DNA of 43,039 nucleotides from a bacterium (GTDB taxonomy: Bacteria > Patescibacteriota > Dojkabacteria > SC72), in assembly GCA_021107795.1 (NCBI GenBank), contig JAIOSB010000029.1, forward strand, positions 1-43,039. The letters run 5' to 3'. Every line of letters begins with the position of its first letter. The stretch's first letter is position 1. Positions 1 to 8,931 of this stretch are shown piece after piece. The position numbers and the translations under genes were made by a program. The notes below the pieces were generated by a model, which saw only the letters and a program-made list of their open reading frames with translations, was not told the DNA's origin and searched no databases.

Positions 1-3000
1 CAATTTGACCAGTATCTGTTATAACCATTCTCTCACTACTATTTGTATCAAATCTAATAAAGTCCTCATCTCCTGTCTCTTCCACTTGAATACCAGTATC
101 TGAATCACCATCCCACATAGAAGTTTCACCACCAACATTTGTCCAACTCAATGCTCCACTACCATCTGTAATTAGAGCCTGCCCACTTGTACCATCTGCG
201 GTTGGGAAGGTATAAGCATCATTAAATCGAATAGCTCCAGTTGCAACAATCCTCATTCTCTCCAATGAGTTTGTTTGGAAGACAATATCTGTATTAACTG
301 CATACCCTCCTGTTCTCATTATAAATTCGTTTGTTCCACCATCATACACAATCCCTCCACCCTCACTTAGTCCACCATCTCCGTTATAGAAACTAAGAAC
401 AGCATCATTAGCAACCCCATTAGCTTCAATAATTGCTGAAGTATTTCCTGCCCCTATACTTTTAACATGAAAATTCCCATCTCTATTTGTAGTACCCACT
501 GTTAAATTATTAGCAACATGTACTTCTCCTCCCATAATCCAAGTCCTGTCATTGACAGAATCAAAAGCTAAACCAGCCATACTAGGATCAGACCCCGGTA
601 AATCAGATGGATTATCAATATTAAAGTAAGCACTTACATATCCATTATCCATCCAATGTAATTCTCCGGAAGCATTAATAAACATCCTCTCAACACCAAG
701 AGTATCAAATCTAATGATATCTTCATCTCCAGTCTCTTCTACTTGAATACCAGTATCACTATCTCCATCCCAAAGAGCAGTAGCACTACTAGAACCCCAA
801 CTCAATGCTCCACCACCGTTAGTCTGTAATACCTGTCCGCTAGTCCCATCTACTGTAGGAAAAGTGTAAGCACTGTTAAAGGTAATCGCACCACTACCAG
901 TAGCATTAGCAAGATGTATACGAGTAACTCCATTAGTCCTAATATCCAAAACATGATTGTCGTTCGTACCAAATACTCCTCCCTGAGAAAACATGTTCCC
1001 GTGCTGTCTCCAAGCACTTGTTCCTCCACTAGCAATCTCAGTCCAAGCATCATCTAATGTCCCAGTTTTAATCCACAAGTGAGTACCTACTACAGCCAAA
1101 GAACCAAGAGGAGCTGGGTAACCTGCTGTTGGCGCTTCATCAATAGAAACAAGATCAAAGTAACTACCCGGTCCGTTCTGAATCCTCACCACTTGATGTG
1201 GATTGAGAGCCTGATTACTAACTATATGAAGGGGAACTGCTGGAGTAGTAGTACCAATACCAACCCTGTCATCACTAGTAAGTCTCATAACTTCTGAACC
1301 ATTAATATTGGAAATAATTGGAGATGTATCAGATGTAAATATATGTAAAGCATTAGCAACCCATCCACTCGCATAACCATTACTACTCATATTCTTCACA
1401 ATTCCAGCGTCCCCCGTAGCACCACCATGCATCACTAAACCTTCTGCCATATCTCCTGACCTAGTTTCTAAGAAAGTATCATAACCATCACCCTCTATAC
1501 CTATAACAAGATCTCCAACAGAAGTCATAATCTGATCACCACTACTGACAATCAAATTACCCATCGTAGTATTGCTTGTTCCAATAGCCACATTACCATT
1601 ACTACCTATTATCATTCTCTCACTACCAAGTGTATCAAATCGAATCATATCTTCATCACCTGTTTCTTCTACTTGAATACCTGTATCACCATCTGTATCC
1701 CAAAGAGAGGTAGCACCACTACCAGTGGATATCCAACTCAATGCTCCACTACCATCTGTTGCCAACACCTGATTGTTTGTACCATCTACATTTGGAAAAC
1801 TGTAAGCATTTGCAAATCGGATACTACCCTGAGTACCTGTTCCACTTGCAACACCTGGTATCAAATTAATATTTCCAGAAGTACCATCTACTACACTACC
1901 TGTTTCAATATTAAGAGCCGTAGTCCCTATTGCCCCTGTTTTATCTTTAGTTGCAAGGCTCAGACCTGCATCAGCTACAATCTCCAATGCACCGTCCTGT
2001 TGATCAATAATCATATCACCATTACTATTCTGTATTGTAAACACTCCAGCATTGACGTAAATAACACGCTCCACCGCTCCACCATCAAACATAAGCATAG
2101 CACCATCATCTATAGTCACATTATCACCACCAGTTGTAGTAGACAAAAGAGTACCAGTTCTACTCCAAGGTCCACCAGTAGTGATTGCACCATCTACATA
2201 TCCCTTATCAACCAAAGATCGATCTACAAAATTAGCAGAGTAATCTTTATCATAAGTAGCTCCTTGAAAGGTAGTATTATCCATCGATATTTCGAACAAA
2301 TTACTCTGGAGCGCTAACGAGGTTTCATTACCAACCCCTCCAACTGTATTTCCCCTAAGAGTTAAAGTTCCTGAATTGTTACCTACAATCATTGCCGCTT
2401 GGAATGTTGTGTTATTTTGTGCATACATCTGAAAAAACCAAGGTTCTATATCAAAACGACTCCTACTTGATACATCATCAGCTATAATTGCAGAAGCATC
2501 ATCATTAATTTCATAATCAATAAAACCATTATGGAAATTTAAACCAAACCCATTAGCGTCAACAACTCTAGCTCCAGTAAGTGTTCCATCAGCAGTATAA
2601 ATGTTGTCACCACTAGCTGTATTCCAACTCAATGCTCCACTACCATCAGTTTGTAAAACTTGCCCGCTAGTCCCATCAGCATTTGGTAAAGTCCAAACCA
2701 AATCAGCTACAATACTATCTGGTGCTTTAAATCCAACATAGTTGGTACCATTAGCAACTATCTCATTAAACACTATTGGTCTTGTAACTCCACCACCTGA
2801 AGGACGTAAACTGAGACGTCCATCACCTATAACCACAGCGTTTGCTTTTATTCCCACATTTCCCATTGTATCTACACCAAGTAACACGTTATCATTTTGA
2901 TCAACAATCATTGAGTCAAATCCAAAATCGTCATGTCCAAAAGCAATACTTGAACCATCAGTTGTGTTCTCTGACATAATTGTACGAGGAGTAGGAGAGT

Positions 3001-5266
3001 CTGTAGCAACATGTAGTAGTTCCCCAGGAGTATTCGTCCCTATTCCCAACCTATTAGTAGTATCATCCCAGAAAAGATTAGCATTATCCTCTGTTACTTC
3101 ACTACCCGAAGTGAAAAGAAGTGAACCTTCTGTGTATACTGCAGGGGTATCTGTAAGAGCTAGGAAAGTTGAAGCTCCCGTATTGTTAACAACATAAGTC
3201 CCTACAGCATTAAGAGCATGAATCAACGAAGTAGACGTCTCTCCAACACCAATGGTAGAACCAATCGTTCCTGTTGCACTATAAATCTCTCCTCCACCGT
3301 TTAAGAAATCATCTCCCATAGAACTCCCTGTCTGAGAGAGGTGTAAACTATCATTCACATCAGCAAATCTTACTTGCCCACCAAGCATCTCTATGACTGC
3401 TCCATTTGTTTGAAAAAGGATTGCAGCAGAGCCTATACCAGAAGTATTTGTCGCAAACAGATTAATTAAAACATCATCTGAATCATTATTCTCGTAAGCA
3501 CCAATAAAAGCTCTACGTGTAGGAGATGTAGACATAGGATTGGAATTGGCAGCATCTATTGCTACGAATTCCTGTAACCCTGCACCCAATGTTGAACCAG
3601 TATAGTTACCTAACATAACATATCCCATACCACCCAACACCGGATCAAGACCGTTTGGATCAATAGCCAATCCAGCTGTCGCTATTGTTGGATTCGTATT
3701 ATCTATCCATCCTCCATGACCAACTGTAAAATCTTGCATAATCACCATATCGTTATATGGTTGCAGTCTCAGTGTCCCATCCGTCCCACCAGCAGTAGAG
3801 ATTGTTAAATTACCATCCCCGGAATCTGATCTAACCAAACTCCCATCAGAAAGTGTAGTAGTAGCTCCCACTACAAAAGCTCCGTCAGTATAGACATTCC
3901 CCTCCACCCCTAACTGATCCTGCACAAACATATCCCCTATATCCAACACAAACCCTGCATTCTCCAATGTCTCTACTTGGTCTATCCCCACTATCACCCC
4001 TTTATCATCCTCAAAAACACCATTCGTACCATCTTCCCAAAAACCACCACCACTACCCGCACCTACCAATGTACCGTTCCAGTAGAGACTCCCTCCAACA
4101 TTGTAAAGTTTGTCAGTAGTAACAGCAGGCTCAGCAATTTGACCTAAAGAAACCGACCCATCATTATTAACCACAAACAAATCAGCAGTCGTACTATTAC
4201 CAAAAGTGATAAGAGCACCACTACCAAACTGCCTACCCCACAACAAAGCGTCTCCCGTTGCGTATGCTGAAAGAGTACCAGTTTCAAAGTACGACTTCTC
4301 CCCAATACATTCACAAGGATCCCCATCACTATCAGCAGTTCCTGTGGTAGAGGTATTAGTCCCTGCACAAGTTCCCGCTACACCACCAACCGTCATAGTA
4401 CACGCCTCACCAGTTACAATCTCACAACCATTCCCACTACCTCCCGTATCAATATCTGCATCTCCATCATTATCATCAAAGTCAATATTCCCAGATTGAC
4501 AACCACAAACCCCACTCCCACCTGAACAGTAGGTAGTCCAAGCATGTCCTCCACAACTAGCAGTACCATGATATTGAGATTCACAACCATTTCCTACAGT
4601 AGCTGTCGAAGAATCACAATCGAAGTGATCAGATGTACTCCCTGATGTTCCTGTACCACTCACCGAATCATACCTACAAGTACATGCTCCAGAGGCTCCA
4701 GAACAACCAAGGTAATCTCCTTGACTAGAAATACCACAACTATCTCCATCATGGATTTCACAACTCTGATTATCAGCATCACAATCGTGGTAATCTGTAT
4801 GACAACTTCCAGAACACTCATATGAGTTTGCTTGATATGCAAATGTACTCGCTTTACAAATGGTATTCCTATGCCAAGTCACACACTGAGGATCACGATT
4901 ACACCAGAAATTACCACTATTATCACAATATGGAGAACCACCATCTACAGCAGTGTAACAATCCACTACATAACCACCATTAGTTAAGCCATTGTACTGA
5001 GTATTAGATGCTGCACTATCTGAACCAGGAGCAACCATAGTGGACATGTCATAACACTGAGAAGTACCACTATCATCTCCACAAATGAGAAGTGATCCTG
5101 GACAACTCTGTCCAGGGAAATTTGATTCATCAGCCGCAGGACAAGAATTAGGATTCTCCTGCCAATTTACAGCAGCATAAGCTAATTTAACACCAAGAGT
5201 CCAACTACCAACCAAGATAATTGATACTATTAATACTATTCTTAAATTGTTTCGTTTAATTCTCAT
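1..5266 (-). CDS. Giant secreted modular fibre/adhesin-like protein (>=1755 aa, 3' end runs off the window), with a Cys-rich N-terminal region
   Basis: Absent from the ORF track because no stop falls inside the window. ATG at 5266, 4 nt after the upstream stop, gives the signal peptide MRIKRNNLRIVLIVSIILVGSWTLGVKLAYA. About 28 Cys lie in 4307-5143. It then carries modules shared with the neighbours (STFLALTDTP..LGIGT, WTLPNADGTSGQVLQTDGSGALSW, DYSANFVDRSLVDKGYVD) and 3x WD.D.DTGIQVEETGDED.IRFDT. The frame is the same at both ends (...IRFDTNSSERMVITDTGQI at position 1). Confidence 0.9.
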   Translation of the reverse strand, partial: MRIKRNNLRIVLIVSIILVGSWTLGVKLAYAAVNWQENPNSCPAADESNFPGQSCPGSLLICGDDSGTSQCYDMSTMVAPGSDSAASNTQYNGLTNGGYVVDCYTAVDGGSPYCDNSGNFWCNRDPQCVTWHRNTICKASTFAYQANSYECSGSCHTDYHDCDADNQSCEIHDGDSCGISSQGDYLGCSGASGACTCRYDSVSGTGTSGSTSDHFDCDSSTATVGNGCESQYHGTASCGGHAWTTYCSGGSGVCGCQSGNIDFDDNDGDADIDTGGSGNGCEIVTGEACTMTVGGVAGTCAGTNTSTTGTADSDGDPCECIGEKSYFETGTLSAYATGDALLWGRQFGSGALITFGNSTTADLFVVNNDGSVSLGQIAEPAVTTDKLYNVGGSLYWNGTLVGAGSGGGFWEDGTNGVFEDDKGVIVGIDQVETLENAGFVLDIGDMFVQDQLGVEGNVYTDGAFVVGATTTLSDGSLVRSDSGDGNLTISTAGGTDGTLRLQPYNDMVIMQDFTVGHGGWIDNTNPTIATAGLAIDPNGLDPVLGGMGYVMLGNYTGSTLGAGLQEFVAIDAANSNPMSTSPTRRAFIGAYENNDSDDVLINLFATNTSGIGSAAILFQTNGAVIEMLGGQVRFADVNDSLHLSQTGSSMGDDFLNGGGEIYSATGTIGSTIGVGETSTSLIHALNAVGTYVVNNTGASTFLALTDTPAVYTEGSLLFTSGSEVTEDNANLFWDDTTNRLGIGTNTPGELLHVATDSPTPRTIMSENTTDGSSIAFGHDDFGFDSMIVDQNDNVLLGVDTMGNVGIKANAVVIGDGRLSLRPSGGGVTRPIVFNEIVANGTNYVGFKAPDSIVADLVWTLPNADGTSGQVLQTDGSGALSWNTASGDNIYTADGTLTGARVVDANGFGLNFHNGFIDYEINDDASAIIADDVSSRSRFDIEPWFFQMYAQNNTTFQAAMIVGNNSGTLTLRGNTVGGVGNETSLALQSNLFEISMDNTTFQGATYDKDYSANFVDRSLVDKGYVDGAITTGGPWSRTGTLLSTTTGGDNVTIDDGAMLMFDGGAVERVIYVNAGVFTIQNSNGDMIIDQQDGALEIVADAGLSLATKDKTGAIGTTALNIETGSVVDGTSGNINLIPGVASGTGTQGSIRFANAYSFPNVDGTNNQVLATDGSGALSWISTGSGATSLWDTDGDTGIQVEETGDEDMIRFDTLGSERMIIGSNGNVAIGTSNTTMGNLIVSSGDQIMTSVGDLVIGIEGDGYDTFLETRSGDMAEGLVMHGGATGDAGIVKNMSSNGYASGWVANALHIFTSDTSPIISNINGSEVMRLTSDDRVGIGTTTPAVPLHIVSNQALNPHQVVRIQNGPGSYFDLVSIDEAPTAGYPAPLGSLAVVGTHLWIKTGTLDDAWTEIASGGTSAWRQHGNMFSQGGVFGTNDNHVLDIRTNGVTRIHLANATGSGAITFNSAYTFPTVDGTSGQVLQTNGGGALSWGSSSATALWDGDSDTGIQVEETGDEDIIRFDTLGVERMFINASGELHWMDNGYVSAYFNIDNPSDLPGSDPSMAGLAFDSVNDRTWIMGGEVHVANNLTVGTTNRDGNFHVKSIGAGNTSAIIEANGVANDAVLSFYNGDGGLSEGGGIVYDGGTNEFIMRTGGYAVNTDIVFQTNSLERMRIVATGAIRFNDAYTFPTADGTSGQALITDGSGALSWTNVGGETSMWDGDSDTGIQVEETGDEDFIRFDTNSSERMVITDTGQI

Positions 5267-5270
5267 ACTT

Positions 5271-8200
5271 TTATTGACAACAACTTAGAGGTAACGTAGT
5301 CTCACAACTTACTAACCAACCCTTTCCACCACCAACACTATCATATGCCCAGTAAGCTCCAAGTTGAGCAGTACCACTATTAGTCCAACCACTACAGTCA
5401 TTTGAATTAGAGGTATACCCTGGAGGCCCTTCAGCTATCCAAGCATCAGCAGAAAAACCAGCAATACTGTGTTCTGCTATAAATTGTATTATCTCATCAG
5501 TTCTACAAAAGTGACTACCAGGAAAAGCCGTATTACAAATATCGTTAGCTGCTTGATAACCGACATAGCCACCACTACTAAATGACCCACTATATGAAGC
5601 TGCTGTTTTACTAATACTAGTTGCACCACCTGTCACTTCTGAAGCCAAAGCCAGTCGTTCCCAGCCAGTATTGGTTCCATCTCCGGAGGCTTTGATATAC
5701 ATATCTCCATTAGTGCCATCTACAGTCAAATCACCAATGGATCCAGCTACTGAAGATTCGGGGGTAGCATCTACCCTAAAGAATTGGAAGTCTCCAGCAG
5801 TATTTGCAAGAGTAAGAAGGGCAGTAGCATTAACAGCATTTGAATTAATATGGAGAGTAGTTGTAGGAGCATTCGTCCCAATCCCTAGCATATCACCAGT
5901 ATCATCCCAAAAGAAATTCGCATTATCTTCTGTGACTGTACTACCTGATGTAAACAGTAATGACCCAACAGTATATGCCATAGGGGTGTCTGTAAGGGCT
6001 AAGAAAGTTGAAGATCCCGTCACACTATCTACATACCCTTTATCCACCAAAGACCTATCTACAAAATTCGCAGAATAATCACCTGAATAGACTACTCCAA
6101 CTTGTGCTGCTCCAGCCCTATTATCAGTAAATCTAAATGAATTTATACTATCATCTAAATGAAAACTAAAATTAGGAGCATCAAAAGAGAAATCTCTTCC
6201 AGCTTTTACTTCATATTTAACTGACGCTCCATCATCATCTATTTCATAAGAAGGCATATCCATAAAGAAAGAATTACCACCTCCAACTTGATTGTCAAGT
6301 GCTCCTTGCCATGTTAATGCACCAATATGGTCATCAACATATTCTCTATCCACCAAGGATCTAGCTGTAAAATTAGCTGAATAATCATCTCCATATACAA
6401 CTCCAGTATTATTTATACCATCTTCAAACACCATTTGACCTCCTAAGTGAAGCATGTTAGCGCTTACACCATTATTATACTGAAGATGAAAACCACTTGG
6501 ACTATGTAGCATTTCTGTCCAAGTTGTTCCATCTGTTATTCTAGTTTCAATTTGATCTGGACGCATCTCAATATGAGATGATCCAGGACCATCATTTGTT
6601 TCTAACAAGATAGTATTCTCACTTGTCCCTGTAAAAGTTAACGCATTACCATTAGAAGTAATGGTTCTGTCGCCCGTCAGTGTTCCGTCTATTCCATAGA
6701 TATTTCCAGAAGAAACAGCCCCATCAACATACCCTTTATCAACCAAAGATCTATTTGTAAATCCTGTTGAGTAATCGGCTGCATATTCAAACCCCTTTGT
6801 TATAACTCTATGATCTGTAATGATTGAATCTACATTATTAACATCTATATCAAAATTAGAAGTAGTATTAGTCACATACCAGAATAATGAATCTTGATGT
6901 CCCATTTCGAATTGACCAGCACCAGATGCTGCAAGCTTTAATATTGCTCCATCATATTCTATTTCAGCATCTGTCCCATAGAAACCATATGCACCTAAAT
7001 TATTAAACCATAAGTGATTTCCGTTACCATCAATACTTCTGCTTCCAGTAAGTGTCCCATCAGTATTATAAATATTAACAACTCCATCCGTTATAGCGTC
7101 ATCCACATACCCTTTATCAACTAGTGTTCGATCTGTGAAGTTAGCAGAATAGTCAGCGGCATAAAGAGCCCCTCTATTACTCAAAAGATCAGTGATAATG
7201 ACACTATCCCCTACTTCAAGACTAACTCTATTCGCAGGCCCTCCTGGATCATGATAAAGGAGAGTTGAAACGTGATTATAAACTATTCCAGAATCAATCA
7301 ACCCATCAGTCATGTTAAATTCTACTTGATTCCCCCCTGTTCCAGAAATCAATCTATTCTCAGATATTGTTCCATCATCTGTGTAGATATTGCTCATGGT
7401 AGCACTAGTAGCTACCTGCACCCAACCTGTATTAGTTCCATCTCCTGTATTCTTAATATACATATCTCCACTTGTTCCATCTACTACTAAGTCCCCTACT
7501 GAACCTGTTACAAAACTCTCTGGTGTAGCATCTGTTCTGAACATTTGGATATCTCCAGCTATATTTTCTAATGTTAATATTGCTGTTGTATTTGCTCCAT
7601 TACTATTTATATGAAGTACTGTGGAAGGGGCAATGGTTCCAATTCCTACTTCTCCACCCATAATACAGAGGGAGTTAGCTTGGTTACAATTTGTTCCAGT
7701 TTGATCATTCAGTGCAACAGCAACAACATTATTTGCTCCCGCTTCAATTCCGTATCCTATTGCTGTCGACATCATCCCAGACGCAGTTGTTTCTATACCC
7801 ATTGCAGTTGAAGAAAATCCTGAAGCAATTGTATCACTCCCTATTGCTGTTGAATAAAATCCTGAAGCAGTTGTATTATGACCTACAGCAAATGAATGAC
7901 TACCAATATTACCATCATCCCACTGAACACCATCTATTCGTCCTGCTCTAAATGCTGACTTTCTTGGATACCACATCATTCTTGATCCTGCTCCTAAATC
8001 CGGTTCTATCCAACCAGCACCATGAGTTCCTGTAGCTAGAATCGCTCCATCACCACCAATTTCTAATGCTGTTCTTGGAGTACTTGTCCCTATCCCCACA
8101 TTACCTCCATCAAGTATTACAAAAGATGTTACCCCATTGTCTTGTACCTCAAAAAGACTCCCTGTTCCTAATTGATTTATTATCAACGCTGGAGTTACAT

Positions 8201-8744
8201 CGTTAGAAGTCATTTGGATATTACCTGCAGAGTTAAAAACTACATTACCTGAGTTCTCTGTCTCTACCTGTATATCCTCACTATCTGCATACAATCCCCC
8301 TGCCCTATGTGCATATGGATTACTTGAAAGTGGTATTCTAGGTGTAGCTTCTCCATCTACCCCTACCTTCACTCCTATGTAATATTCATCTGTAAAGTCC
8401 ATATATGCAGGGAACACTACACAGGTAGCTAACCTCTGTCCAAAGATTCCACTAGCATCTGGATCTATCTGCATACAATTCCCCACTGCTTGATCATATA
8501 TCTCTGTCCAAAGTAATGGTCCAGTAGATGATGGAACATCCGTAGGTGCTCCATTACTAAGATGGTTGTAGATTGAGAATTGTATGGTAGTAGGAGTTGT
8601 AATTGGTGTTCCTACATTGTCTTTAAGTTTACCTTGGTAGTTAAGATTCTCGGGGATGGCTGCACTAACCGAAGTTGTAAAAAACAGCAAAAAAGCTAGA
8701 ACCAATAGGGTTATTCCTTTGTTAGATGTAGGCAGTTTGTTCAT
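5271..8744 (-). CDS. Secreted fibre/adhesin protein: NYQG N-terminal domain, Hep_Hag/YadA-head-like repeats, repeated stalk modules, Cys-rich C-terminal domain (DUF1554/endostatin/C-type-lectin-like)
   Basis: Signal peptide; IPENLNYQGKL...PRIPLSSNPYA domain; 14-aa ASGxxSTAxG repeats; 4x DYS.NFT.R.LVD..YVD; C-terminus ANDICN..FPGSHFC...DCSGWT...SCETTLPLSCCQ. Confidence 0.85.
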   Translation of the reverse strand: MNKLPTSNKGITLLVLAFLLFFTTSVSAAIPENLNYQGKLKDNVGTPITTPTTIQFSIYNHLSNGAPTDVPSSTGPLLWTEIYDQAVGNCMQIDPDASGIFGQRLATCVVFPAYMDFTDEYYIGVKVGVDGEATPRIPLSSNPYAHRAGGLYADSEDIQVETENSGNVVFNSAGNIQMTSNDVTPALIINQLGTGSLFEVQDNGVTSFVILDGGNVGIGTSTPRTALEIGGDGAILATGTHGAGWIEPDLGAGSRMMWYPRKSAFRAGRIDGVQWDDGNIGSHSFAVGHNTTASGFYSTAIGSDTIASGFSSTAMGIETTASGMMSTAIGYGIEAGANNVVAVALNDQTGTNCNQANSLCIMGGEVGIGTIAPSTVLHINSNGANTTAILTLENIAGDIQMFRTDATPESFVTGSVGDLVVDGTSGDMYIKNTGDGTNTGWVQVATSATMSNIYTDDGTISENRLISGTGGNQVEFNMTDGLIDSGIVYNHVSTLLYHDPGGPANRVSLEVGDSVIITDLLSNRGALYAADYSANFTDRTLVDKGYVDDAITDGVVNIYNTDGTLTGSRSIDGNGNHLWFNNLGAYGFYGTDAEIEYDGAILKLAASGAGQFEMGHQDSLFWYVTNTTSNFDIDVNNVDSIITDHRVITKGFEYAADYSTGFTNRSLVDKGYVDGAVSSGNIYGIDGTLTGDRTITSNGNALTFTGTSENTILLETNDGPGSSHIEMRPDQIETRITDGTTWTEMLHSPSGFHLQYNNGVSANMLHLGGQMVFEDGINNTGVVYGDDYSANFTARSLVDREYVDDHIGALTWQGALDNQVGGGNSFFMDMPSYEIDDDGASVKYEVKAGRDFSFDAPNFSFHLDDSINSFRFTDNRAGAAQVGVVYSGDYSANFVDRSLVDKGYVDSVTGSSTFLALTDTPMAYTVGSLLFTSGSTVTEDNANFFWDDTGDMLGIGTNAPTTTLHINSNAVNATALLTLANTAGDFQFFRVDATPESSVAGSIGDLTVDGTNGDMYIKASGDGTNTGWERLALASEVTGGATSISKTAASYSGSFSSGGYVGYQAANDICNTAFPGSHFCRTDEIIQFIAEHSIAGFSADAWIAEGPPGYTSNSNDCSGWTNSGTAQLGAYWAYDSVGGGKGWLVSCETTLPLSCCQ
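8087..8656. repeat. Direct repeat copy 1 (~570 bp), encoding the shared fibre N-terminal domain
   Basis: Near-identical to 12927-13496 at offset 4840, e.g. ttacctccatcaagtattacaaaagatgttaccccatt at both 8101 and 12941. Confidence 0.9.
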
Positions 8745-8931
8745 CTATTCTTTTATTTAAGCATGCTAACTAAATAGCACTATACTATACACCTTATACA
8801 ATACCACTAAACAGATACTAGATGCAAGAGAATATATACTAGGAAAGAATTTGCGTAACATTACTCTGTTGGATAAAAAAGTTTATAGGGAACGCCTGAA
8901 CTATGTATAATAAAAACTACTGCTCACATGC

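Noticed and set aside
5271-5620. Diversity-generating retroelement target (lectin-like C-terminus)
   Set aside because: I saw no reverse transcriptase and no template repeat with adenine-specific mismatches in the window; a remote DGR cannot be excluded.
8745-8931. Invertible promoter between fibre genes (ttataca ... tgtataa)
   Set aside because: The inverted match is only about 7 bp in AT-rich DNA and no recombinase is nearby.
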